Source of the DNA: a virus
Taxonomy: Duplodnaviria > Heunggongvirae > Uroviricota > Caudoviricetes
Virus record (IMG/VR): IMGVR_UViG_2706794668_000011
DNA: 64,000 bases
Direction: 5' to 3' (one strand)
Below, one piece after another: positions 27,750-35,834 of this stretch (the first letter of the stretch is position 1; each line of letters begins with the position of its first letter). Under the pieces are notes generated by a model. The model saw nothing but the letters and a program-made list of their open reading frames with translations, made no database searches and had not been told where the DNA came from. Both the position numbers and the translations under genes were made by a program.

Positions 27750-28500
27750 CCAATAAGAAAACAACTAAATAACAGATCAACGAAACATCAACGCTTTCTC
27801 CCGATTTGGTCTAAAAAATTGACGTTATCACACATCACTTCTTATACCCGTAATTCTACGCAGCAGATAGCGCCACAGCGTCCAAATTTCACCACAGACG
27901 ACTCAACACACTACCAACAAAAACACACGCTCAAAATCGCTCCCGTTGCGTTACACAACCATATAAACAACTTATTTTCAGGCATAACAAAACAACCAAA
28001 TAACACATATGCCATTACCCAAAACAACCAACCTCTTTATGGCAGGCTACCGAAAAGACCCACCTCTTCTCCCCAGGCTACCGGACAACCAACCTAACTT
28101 TCACAGGCAATCCGAAAACATTCATACGCGCGATACCCACGACACGCCATTACCCAAACAGCGAAGAAACACCTGAACCGCTGAAACCCTAACGAAGCCT
28201 GTAACCGCAAGGTTTCTCTCAATCCCAAAAGACACGAAACATAACAATCACGGGAAACGCCATTACCCAATACACGAATAACTACAAAAGCCTTCACACA
28301 CTCCAGACAAACAACTCAAACACAATAACGAAAGCAATCGCCCACCTGCCATTACTCCATACACGGAGAAGAACAATCACCAAAACGACGAGAACACCCC
28401 CATAGAAGAACCACCGCAAAACTAACGAAACCACATACACCGACAGAGAAAACAACACACCCAATTCACCAACAGAAATAGTCGCCGTATAGAACATTCT
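27750..28500 (+). repeat. ~750-bp AC-rich, G/T-poor low-complexity tract with dispersed short repeats; probably non-coding
   Basis: Strong strand compositional skew; gccattacccaa-type repeat at 28011, 28146, 28259 and 28349; aggctaccg-type repeat at about 28041, 28074 and 28104; ORFs here look like compositional artefacts. Confidence 0.6.
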
Positions 28501-28682
28501 GGAAGGAGTGAGCATTAACGCCTATAGAGAGGTTGAGACAGATAAAACACAACATGTATAGCGAAGAAGCCAGGTATGTATAAGTGGAGAGGGAAGGAGG
28601 GGGGTCGCCTCCTTTTTCGTATTTATTCAACTCCTGATTTTATCCCCCGTAACACCCCCTACGGTCAGCCTTCGGTCCATAC

Positions 28683-28821
28683 AGGGAAAAGGTTGCATCC
28701 AGCTACAGAAACGGCTGGGTTGCCTTCGGGGGAACGGCTGGGGATTTTCAGGGAAACGGTCGAGTTGCCTGTGTGGATTTCGGGAAAAGGCTCGATGCCG
28801 GTTCTGGAACGGCGGCGTACC
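28683..28821. repeat. iteron-like tandem array (six ~20-bp repeats at ~22-23-bp spacing)
   Basis: agggaaaaggttgcatcc / cagaaacggctgggttgcc / cgggggaacggctggggat / agggaaacggtcgagttgcc / cgggaaaaggctcgatgcc / ctggaacggcggcgtacc. Confidence 0.7.
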
Positions 28822-29193
28822 GGTATAGCGAGAGAGAGTTGCAGCTACCCACCTGTAATGTGCGGGAAGAAGAGAGGCGCTCACGTGCAGGCTGACTTGC
28901 TTACCGCTGGATTCCCTCTGAATGCCAGATACAGCGTAATTGTGCCAGACAGCCAGCGGGTCACAATCGATTTCAGTAGGTTTTCGGGGAGAGGATTATT
29001 CTACCCACCAGCCCCGCGGCGCGCGTAGAGCAGAATATCGTAAATACTGGCTCTCGTGTCGTTCCCGGATATTCACTGCCCAGCCTGGCTTTCCCGACAT
29101 AAAATCCTTTTTCGCCTTTATCTTATTGCGATAATAACACCAACAAGTAAACAGCATATTTAGACGTTATAGAAACGAAGTGAGGATGAAGAG

Positions 29194-29412
29194 ATGATTA
29201 AGATGCCTGTGACGGTTGAGGTGTGGGGCGTGGATTCCCTGGCTGAGTGTCTGGATGCAGTGGGGCCGGAGTTGTACCGCAAGTTGTGGTCGTTCGTCCC
29301 GGCAGAAGGGGAATCGCCCAAAGGGAAGGATATCTGGCACCTGCTGAGTGAAGATGAAAAGCGGGAGCTGGTGGGCGCGGTACACAGCGAGTTCCCGGAC
29401 GACCAAGATTAA
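29194..29412 (+). CDS. hypothetical small protein
   Basis: 72-aa ORF with RBS gagga. Confidence 0.45.
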   Translation: MIKMPVTVEVWGVDSLAECLDAVGPELYRKLWSFVPAEGESPKGKDIWHLLSEDEKRELVGAVHSEFPDDQD

Positions 29413-29482
29413 GAGTGAGGCCACCAGCACGGTGGCTTTTGTCGCTATTAACCTCGGGGCAGCGCAGCACCGTAACGATATA

Positions 29483-29542
29483 CTTTGTGGCCGTTTTCTT
29501 ACTGGTATTGTTTACGTAATTCAGAAAACAACATGTTTAAGG
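29483..29542 (+). promoter_or_regulatory. promoter-operator cassette, copy 1 (putative -35 ttgtgg, -10 tattgt, then motif A)
   Basis: ~60-bp direct repeat of 29968-30027 (~85 percent identical); motif A cagaaaacaacatgtttaa at 29522-29540. Confidence 0.55.
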
Positions 29543-29550
29543 ATTGCTTT

Positions 29551-29880
29551 ATGTTTGCAAATATCGACATCAACCAAATTAAGAAATTGACTCAAAAAGA
29601 GTTTGACCAGTTTTATGAGCTGGAAGGTTGGTCTTCCACTCTGATTAATTCAAGATGGGTGCTGGAGCTGATGACTCGTGATGACGCACCTGCTTTGATG
29701 ATTTGCGACATGGGTGAAGATGCTGACTTTATGGATATGAGCGAATTTTGTGTGGACACATACAACCGCAGCCAGAAGTACTACTTCACATGCGATAGCG
29801 AAAATGACGTGATTTCTAAGGTCTATCTTCACCTCGTCCAGCATTGGGACGTTCAGGACTTCCTTGCGATATTCGCGTAA
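29551..29880 (+). CDS. hypothetical protein
   Basis: 109 aa from ATG preceded by aagga. Confidence 0.5.
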   Translation: MFANIDINQIKKLTQKEFDQFYELEGWSSTLINSRWVLELMTRDDAPALMICDMGEDADFMDMSEFCVDTYNRSQKYYFTCDSENDVISKVYLHLVQHWDVQDFLAIFA

Positions 29881-29967
29881 GCCCAACCAAAGCCAGCATT
29901 GCTGGCTTAACTTCATCTGTAGCCGCAGGGAAGAACCTGCATATCGCTCATGCGCCTGATCAATATG

Positions 29968-30027
29968 CTTTGTAGCCGTTTTCTTACTGGTATTATTTAC
30001 GCCATTGAGAAAACAAGTTGTTTACGG
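29968..30027 (+). promoter_or_regulatory. promoter-operator cassette, copy 2 (putative -35 ttgtag, -10 tattat, then motif A)
   Basis: Direct repeat of 29483-29542; motif A gagaaaacaagttgtttac at 30008-30026. Confidence 0.55.
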
Positions 30028-30034
30028 AGTTGTG

Positions 30035-30346
30035 ATGAAAAAATCATTGGTTCTTGGTCTGGACAAAGACCAGAAGAGAAAAGAGAAGCCTGCACTGGTT
30101 GCTCAATTAACTTTGCTGGACATCGTTGCCAATGGAACCTCTATTCGTCTGTTCCGTGAAACAGCGGTGTCTTTCGATAAAAACACCTTTACTCGTTATG
30201 TAATGAATGTTCGTCGCCAGCGTGGAAAAGGCTGGATGGCATTTCAAAGAATGTGGCCGGAACATCAGCTCGAACTGGCTTTGATGGAAGTTAACCGCGT
30301 GGCCCAGCAAGAGATTCAGAGAGCATCAGTGATGGCAATAGCCTGA
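30035..30346 (+). CDS. hypothetical protein
   Basis: 103 aa from ATG preceded by ggag. Confidence 0.5.
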   Translation: MKKSLVLGLDKDQKRKEKPALVAQLTLLDIVANGTSIRLFRETAVSFDKNTFTRYVMNVRRQRGKGWMAFQRMWPEHQLELALMEVNRVAQQEIQRASVMAIA

Positions 30347-30471
30347 TAATGTGCAAGTGGTAATTAGTCGACAGTACGACAGCCCCGCCATCCTTACGGG
30401 GTTTTTTGTATTGTAAGTACATACCTATGTCTATAAAATAGAAAAATAACCAAGACACTATGGAGAGTGAT

Positions 30472-30867
30472 ATGAGCGTTAAACGAGAAAACCTGACAGT
30501 TGATGTCTACTATGCTTCAGAAAGCGCCGAAGGTAAGAATGTAGCTAAAATCACCGTCGTTACGTACAACACCGAAACTGGAACTGAAGTTCAGGCAAGT
30601 ACTATTGTGCGTAAAGGAGATACATCAGGCGGGGAATATGAGGCGCAATATCAGTCCATTTTTGATGCAACGGACCCGTTGTTGTTGAAAATTGAAAGTT
30701 ACTTCCGTAAGGTGAATAAAGAGGTGTTTGAAACCATGATGAATATGGTTAACACCGTATTCGCTTCCAGTCTGAACACTAACACTACCTGGATTGGTCA
30801 GTATGGTCTGCGCATTACCTCCGGCATTCCTGCTGACACCTTAATCCCTGAAAGCGTATTCGCTTAA
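30472..30867 (+). CDS. hypothetical protein
   Basis: 131 aa from ATG preceded by ggagag. Confidence 0.5.
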   Translation: MSVKRENLTVDVYYASESAEGKNVAKITVVTYNTETGTEVQASTIVRKGDTSGGEYEAQYQSIFDATDPLLLKIESYFRKVNKEVFETMMNMVNTVFASSLNTNTTWIGQYGLRITSGIPADTLIPESVFA

Positions 30868-30876
30868 TCCTCTTTG

Positions 30877-30905
30877 AATGGCGCGTAAACCGCGCCATTT
30901 TCTTA
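30877..30905 (+). terminator. rho-independent terminator
   Basis: aatggcgcg/cgcgccatt stem followed by ttcttatg. Confidence 0.7.
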
Positions 30906-30911
30906 TGCCCG

Positions 30912-30931
30912 ATAACAATTTGTTTTCTGCC
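30912..30931. promoter_or_regulatory. motif A copy in reverse orientation (ataacaatttgttttctgcc)
   Basis: 55 nt upstream of ATG 30986. Confidence 0.55.
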
Positions 30932-30985
30932 TTATCTGATTTGTGAAAATGCTTTCACTGAAAGCAACTTGATAAGGAAACCATC

Positions 30986-31360
30986 ATGGGACTTGATATC
31001 TACATTGAGACGCAACCAAAAAACGATCTGAATAACGATGCATCCAGAAAGAAGGTTGCTTACTTCCGTAAGTTCAATGCTCTCTTTGGGTGGATGGAAC
31101 GCAACGTAGGTGAAGTCAAAAATTGTGAGCTTTTAGAATTAACGATGAATGACATTTGTGCTCTGAAAGCTCATTTGATGCACATGAACGAAAGTAACTG
31201 CGAAGAGTACTTACCTACCTGTGAAGGTTTTTTCTTCGGCAGTCAGGAGTACGATGAAGGGTACTGGCATGACGTGGGGGAGTTGAAAAAACTTGTGGAA
31301 GAGCTGATTAAGAACCACGACTTTCACAATAACAGACTGACCTTCTGCGCCTGGTGGTAA
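30986..31360 (+). CDS. hypothetical protein
   Basis: 124-aa ORF with RBS aagga. Confidence 0.5.
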   Translation: MGLDIYIETQPKNDLNNDASRKKVAYFRKFNALFGWMERNVGEVKNCELLELTMNDICALKAHLMHMNESNCEEYLPTCEGFFFGSQEYDEGYWHDVGELKKLVEELIKNHDFHNNRLTFCAWW

Positions 31361-31362
31361 AT

Positions 31363-31506
31363 ATGGGCGATTTCAAGAAACGCCTGAAGGAAAGAGCCGA
31401 GATAGTCAGAAAGCAAAACGCCTCTTCTGTCATCAGATACGCAAGGCAGTTTAGTCGCAACAACAAATCAGTTGAGGAAAAGATCCTTAGCGTAATCGGT
31501 CGATAA
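31363..31506 (+). CDS. small basic protein (47 aa), not in ORF track
   Basis: ATG 2 nt after upstream stop; Arg/Lys-rich; followed by a strong hairpin at 31512-31536. Confidence 0.3.
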   Translation: MGDFKKRLKERAEIVRKQNASSVIRYARQFSRNNKSVEEKILSVIGR

Positions 31507-31554
31507 TTATTAAGGCCACCACTGCTGGTGGCCTTAAATGACCATCCTGTTTCC

Positions 31555-31633
31555 CGCAGGCTAAAAACACCAACCTCTTACCTCCAGGCAACCGACAAAC
31601 CCACCTGTTCCCGTCCGGCTACCGCAACTTTCC
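31555..31633. repeat. second iteron-like family (aggc-t/a-accg-type units, ~30-bp spacing)
   Basis: aggctaaaaacacc / aggcaaccgacaaac / cggctaccgcaactt; same family as repeats at about 28041-28120. Confidence 0.55.
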
Positions 31634-31672
31634 ACTTTGACGCCTTATTCGTACAACGATAATTAACGCCAA

Positions 31673-31693
31673 CAAGAAAACAATTTGTTATTT
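31673..31693. promoter_or_regulatory. motif A copy (caagaaaacaatttgttattt)
   Basis: 18 nt upstream of ATG 31711. Confidence 0.55.
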
Positions 31694-31710
31694 ACGATAA
31701 GGAATTAATC

Positions 31711-32193
31711 ATGAATTTTATCGCTACTGTAAACGCACCCGCACATGGCAATATCGCTGTAACGTTCTCTGACATTGAAAAACGAGTACTTGGTGCATGG
31801 CGCGACAATGAGACGGTAGAACTGTCAGCACAAGAAAAATGCATTATTGCACGCGACATCATTGGCAATCGTCGTTACTCGCGGGTATTTGAGAAAGCGT
31901 ATGTGGTAAATTCTGGATTCGGAACGTTCGTCTTTCCGGTGCGCTCCGGGCGATTCTGCCAGTCCAAGCTGATTGAGTTCGCTACGCAGATTTCTGTCTG
32001 GATTAAAACTCAATCGTCGTTCAAATTTTCCGACGATGAAGCAGTATCGCAGGGGATGCGGATCGCCAACAATGCAATTAAATGCAAAAACATTACGTAT
32101 ACCGCTGGCGTTGATACATGGAAACTGTTTTGCGCTAACTTTATGCTGAATGTATACGCAAGCAACCGCATCCACATCCTTGATGGTGTGTAA
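31711..32193 (+). CDS. hypothetical protein
   Basis: 160-aa ORF with RBS aagga. Confidence 0.5.
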   Translation: MNFIATVNAPAHGNIAVTFSDIEKRVLGAWRDNETVELSAQEKCIIARDIIGNRRYSRVFEKAYVVNSGFGTFVFPVRSGRFCQSKLIEFATQISVWIKTQSSFKFSDDEAVSQGMRIANNAIKCKNITYTAGVDTWKLFCANFMLNVYASNRIHILDGV

Positions 32194-32202
32194 CTGAGAA
32201 GA

Positions 32203-32225
32203 GGGCCAGTAACGGCCCTTTCTCT
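32203..32225 (+). terminator. rho-independent terminator
   Basis: gggcc/ggccc stem followed by tttctct. Confidence 0.6.
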
Positions 32226-32242
32226 ATAGCCACCAGATGCCG

Positions 32243-32329
32243 CAGGGAAATTTTCAGAAACGGCGAGGAACGTATTCATGAACCGACGGGGAACGGCCAG
32301 GATTTTTTCGGGAAACGGCTGCATTCGCC
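32243..32329. repeat. second array of the gggaaacgg-type iteron family
   Basis: cagggaaattttc / cagaaacggcgaggaacg / cggggaacggccaggatt / cgggaaacggctgcattcgcc; homologous to units at 28683-28821. Confidence 0.65.
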
Positions 32330-32593
32330 TTTATGTAGAAAAAACATCGGGAAGCTGGTGGAATCCAACCAGCGGTTGTCGGACAGGTGAGCGGGGAAAA
32401 TTATGATGACTTTCGTCGCCTGAGACATCCAGATTTCTTTCGTAGCGTAATCGCATACGTGATTAAGTGGTGTGATTATGTGAAAAATCACGCGCACATA
32501 ATACGCGAGCGGATACGGAACAAAACAAAATGCCGATCCGCGCCGACAAATAAACGCGGATCACATAGCAAGACTAAAAGCCAATGATTAACT

Positions 32594-32808
32594 ATGCGCT
32601 ATAGCGCAATATAACGCGTTTTAAGCGCGTTAATGTGTTAAGTAATGGGTATGTACTGGCAAGGATATAAAAGCGCGTCTATGGCGTTATTTTGGCGCTT
32701 ATTTTTATGTTGTTGGAGTGAGTCAAAGACAATAAAAAACGCGCCATCATTGGCGCGTTATGGTGGGAGTATTGGAAACGAAAAAAGCGCCCACTATGGG
32801 CGCTATTG
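32594..32808. repeat. cluster of short GCGC-core hairpins in AT-rich DNA
   Basis: tgcgcta/tagcgca 32594-32607; aacgcg/cgcgtt 32614-32632; aacgcgcca/tggcgcgtt 32738-32760; agcgccca/tgggcgct 32786-32804 (flanked by A- and T-runs, terminator for the minus-strand gene ending at 32812); a near-identical hairpin recurs at 33281-33301. Confidence 0.6.
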
Positions 32809-32811
32809 TTT

Positions 32812-33039
32812 TTATTTTTCTAAGCGAATATTAAAACCAGCGTTTAAAAATTCTTGAAGCATTAAAGTAACATCTGCTTCATTGATTCCTGCGCGCGCTC
32901 TATGTTCTACGTCATTGATGTTTATTTTAAACGTTGTTTCATCAACCACTTCAGAACTTAGAGCATATCCAGCTAAACCAGCAATATCATAAACAAGAGT
33001 ATGATTATTGATATTTACGCCAGAGATGAAAATAACCAT
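32812..33039 (-). CDS. hypothetical small protein
   Basis: 75-aa ORF with canonical RBS aaggag 8 nt upstream on the minus strand. Confidence 0.45.
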   Translation of the reverse strand: MVIFISGVNINNHTLVYDIAGLAGYALSSEVVDETTFKININDVEHRARAGINEADVTLMLQEFLNAGFNIRLEK

Positions 33040-33059
33040 GATTAAGCTCCTTAAAAAAA

Positions 33060-33263
33060 TTAAATAGAATTATGAAGTTTTCCGATTAATGCGCTTAAAC
33101 GTAAGTATTCACGTTTACGCTTGCAATCTCGTTTGCTGTTAAGCAAATCAGAAAACGTAAAATTTAATTGGTCGCGTTGCGCGATTAAATCATTGATTAA
33201 TTCTAGTTTATAAGCGCGATACTTTGCGCGATATTCCGCGCGGATCTTGTCATAGCTGACCAT
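33060..33263 (-). CDS. hypothetical small basic protein
   Basis: 67-aa ORF with canonical RBS aaggag; Lys/Arg-rich and helical in character. Confidence 0.45.
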   Translation of the reverse strand: MVSYDKIRAEYRAKYRAYKLELINDLIAQRDQLNFTFSDLLNSKRDCKRKREYLRLSALIGKLHNSI

Positions 33264-33312
33264 TTTTTAAAGCTCCTTTAAAGCGCCCATAGTGGGCGCT
33301 TGATTCCATTAA

Positions 33313-33963
33313 TTACGCTTTGAAAGCGTCAGCTAGATAATTGTAGAAATCATTCTTGATAAAGCGATATTGCTGTGTACCAGCTTTGGCGCTTCCCATT
33401 CCTTTGACTTTCTCAACAAGTCCGAGACGTTCGCAAAGATTGATTAGCTGGTTAGCTTGAGTATAGCCAGCGTCCAATTTAATTTCACACGCTTTTTTAG
33501 CTTCATTCATTAAATCGAAAACAGCGCCATTCGTGAACGTGTCGATCTCGTCGTTAATCATATCGATTAAAGCGAATACACGAGATCCAGACATATCAGC
33601 GACGGAATAAACACATTTTCCAGCTTTAATTGATTTAACCAGATAAACCAGTTTTTCCAGTGAATAACTATTAGTCATAGCGTCACGAAAAAATACTTCT
33701 GGCGCTTGTTTGCTTGCTTTAATCGCATAGTAGAAAACAGAGCATAATTTTTCGTCTTCTACAGCGTTTACGACGTTGTTGATGAAGTAAGCAAGTTTAG
33801 TGGTCGCAGCTTGCATATTTGCTTTGTCTGCTTTAGTGTGCGTACCATTTTTATAATGTTCGTTATATGTTTGAGTTGCCAGATCTGCTTTTTCGCGCAG
33901 TTCGTCGGATACAATAGATGCAGCTTCAATGATGGACTTTTTAGAAATGATAATGTTAGCCAT
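33313..33963 (-). CDS. hypothetical protein
   Basis: 216-aa ORF with RBS aagga. Confidence 0.5.
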   Translation of the reverse strand: MANIIISKKSIIEAASIVSDELREKADLATQTYNEHYKNGTHTKADKANMQAATTKLAYFINNVVNAVEDEKLCSVFYYAIKASKQAPEVFFRDAMTNSYSLEKLVYLVKSIKAGKCVYSVADMSGSRVFALIDMINDEIDTFTNGAVFDLMNEAKKACEIKLDAGYTQANQLINLCERLGLVEKVKGMGSAKAGTQQYRFIKNDFYNYLADAFKA

Positions 33964-34216
33964 GATTTTATTCCTTAGTATAAATATTAAAATTTAACTC
34001 AAGAAAGAAAGTGTTTTGCACTCGTTCCTGATGCGTTCAATTATCGATACGCGAAAAAAGATTGCAAGTGTTTTTTTAAGTTTTTTTGCAGGGATGAAAG
34101 TCCTAGAAATAAATGTTAGATCGTCGAGGGTGTTCCCTAAATAAATAATCGATTCCGGCTTTAGACCTTATATATTTATACGGGGTAGAATTGAAAGAGT
34201 ATAAAATGAATGGCAT

Positions 34217-34250
34217 GTAAAATAATAACCGGACTTAGCCGGTTATTACC
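34217..34250 (-). terminator. rho-independent terminator (minus strand)
   Basis: taataaccgg/ccggttatta stem followed by a U-run on the minus-strand transcript. Confidence 0.7.
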
Positions 34251-34260
34251 CTTATAGAAA

Positions 34261-34782
34261 TTAAAACGGAAGGATTCGTTCAACCCAATCGAAGAAAATA
34301 AGTATTTTTCTACCGTCTTCCAACTTAAGTGTGACTAGACAGGCGTCAACGCCATCTGACGTTCCCTCAATTTCGCGACCGTCTGCCATGTAGACCCTTA
34401 TAGATTTGCCGTTTTGGTAAGCCTGACGACATATCTTAAAAAAGTCACGACGTGATGGCTGATTAACCATCTGTTCATTGTTTAGCGTTAGTCGACCTGT
34501 GAATGAAGTGTCAACCTCTTCTATGCCCGACTCAATTGTGCTAATGCGCTCAAGAGGGAGCCTTATACGATTTGTGTTGCTAAGCGGATCTGGTGTGAGG
34601 TTCAGCTTATTTCTTGCGCTCAATAGCCCGTAGACATACATGCAAAACACTTGGCCGTCTTCGAGAGTGACTCTTACAGGAAATTTTGCACTCCGCCAGA
34701 AGAGCAAGGTACGTTCAGCATGTTCGTAGTCTCGCGGCCATACTTCAGCCGGTATGCCGTAGGTGATGTCCAATGTTCTCAT
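34261..34782 (-). CDS. hypothetical protein
   Basis: 173-aa ORF; 4-nt overlap with upstream gene suggests co-translation. Confidence 0.5.
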   Translation of the reverse strand: MRTLDITYGIPAEVWPRDYEHAERTLLFWRSAKFPVRVTLEDGQVFCMYVYGLLSARNKLNLTPDPLSNTNRIRLPLERISTIESGIEEVDTSFTGRLTLNNEQMVNQPSRRDFFKICRQAYQNGKSIRVYMADGREIEGTSDGVDACLVTLKLEDGRKILIFFDWVERILPF

Positions 34783-35372
34783 TCTGATACTCTTAGAGGT
34801 GTTTTCAGCAACCCAAATTTAAATTCTTTGTTACCAACGACAAAGAAGGGAACCTCAACATAGATTTTTTTATCGACGGATTTAGAGTTCGCTGTTTTCT
34901 GTATGTCACGAACGATACGTTTTGAGGTATTTTCATCGATAAACAATACCTTTCCACTTGTATTCCCTTCAGCCTTGGCGTAAGTAACGATAGGCTCTTC
35001 ATTGCCAACCCTAATGTTTACTTGGCAACCTGTTGTAGCCATTTCATCACAGTAAAGTGTGCCGTCTTGAACTTCCAAAACAATTCCAGATGGCTTCATG
35101 GCTTCGTCAGAGCTTACATTAACGTTTTCTGGTACAGCGGTTCCGTTAATTTGCAACCGTAATCTTTCTTTTCCTGCATTAAGTATTGTTTCTTCTGCGT
35201 TATCTGAGAATCTGAACCAGACTGGTTGAATCAGACCTCGTGATTCGTATTTTAGTACGTCTTCAGAAGTATACATGCTGTACGTTTTTTGCATGTCGGA
35301 GACGATATCTGACAACGCATTGGCGGAAAATGACGAGAGGTATATACAAGCAAGAAGTAACGAACGTTTCAT
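34779..35372 (-). CDS. secreted or periplasmic protein of unknown function
   Basis: 197 aa; N-terminal Sec-type signal peptide MKRSLLLACIYLSSFSANA with AxA cleavage motif. Confidence 0.55.
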   Translation of the reverse strand: MKRSLLLACIYLSSFSANALSDIVSDMQKTYSMYTSEDVLKYESRGLIQPVWFRFSDNAEETILNAGKERLRLQINGTAVPENVNVSSDEAMKPSGIVLEVQDGTLYCDEMATTGCQVNIRVGNEEPIVTYAKAEGNTSGKVLFIDENTSKRIVRDIQKTANSKSVDKKIYVEVPFFVVGNKEFKFGLLKTPLRVSE

Positions 35373-35460
35373 TTTTATACAGCGATTATTGCAAAGTAGA
35401 ATTATAAATATCCAATAGTCTCAAACGATAAGTTTTCAACTGTAAATAGCAGACGTGTTT

Positions 35461-35498
35461 TCTCTAAAAGCTGTGCGGCAAAGGCGTTGTTGCCGCAC
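35461..35498 (-). terminator. terminator-like hairpin (minus strand)
   Basis: gtgcggcaa/ttgccgcac stem with short U-run. Confidence 0.45.
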
Positions 35499-35553
35499 TC
35501 TGTCTATTAGCTCTTCAAGTCTGGCAATTCTGAAATTGACTAAGAATCCAATA

Positions 35554-35832
35554 TTACGGCAGTTTGCTTAGAATTTGCTCTAAATCTTCCTTTGTCATAT
35601 TAGAGTTCTCATAGATGCGCATGATTTTCTCACGAGCCTTAGCAGAGACTCCAACGGCAGATGAAACTTTGTCAAATTCAGCCATCGTCATCGTCTCCAG
35701 AATGGTATTGATAACTTCAGCCTTAGACATTTTGATGTTTTTTTCTTTTAGTTTCATTTGAAACTTTCCAAGTTTGTCATTGGCCTTATCGGACAATGCC
35801 ACCTGACAATAAGTTGTTTTCTTTTCGCTCAT
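35554..35832 (-). CDS. hypothetical protein
   Basis: 92-aa ORF starting 3 nt after the helicase stop. Confidence 0.45.
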   Translation of the reverse strand: MSEKKTTYCQVALSDKANDKLGKFQMKLKEKNIKMSKAEVINTILETMTMAEFDKVSSAVGVSAKAREKIMRIYENSNMTKEDLEQILSKLP

Positions 35833-35834
35833 AA

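Noticed and set aside
28683-28821. Possible CRISPR array suggested by tandem ~20-bp repeats
   Set aside because: Repeats are degenerate, only ~20 bp, directly abutting with no unique spacers of uniform length, and no cas genes are present. Iterons are the better fit.
27741-29028. Track ORFs inside the AC-rich and iteron region (27741-28097 plus; 28094-28297 and 28294-28515 minus; 28576-29028 plus)
   Set aside because: The plus strand here is almost devoid of G and T, so stop codons are rare by composition. The predicted proteins are low-complexity and lack RBSs. The region is better explained as non-coding repeats.
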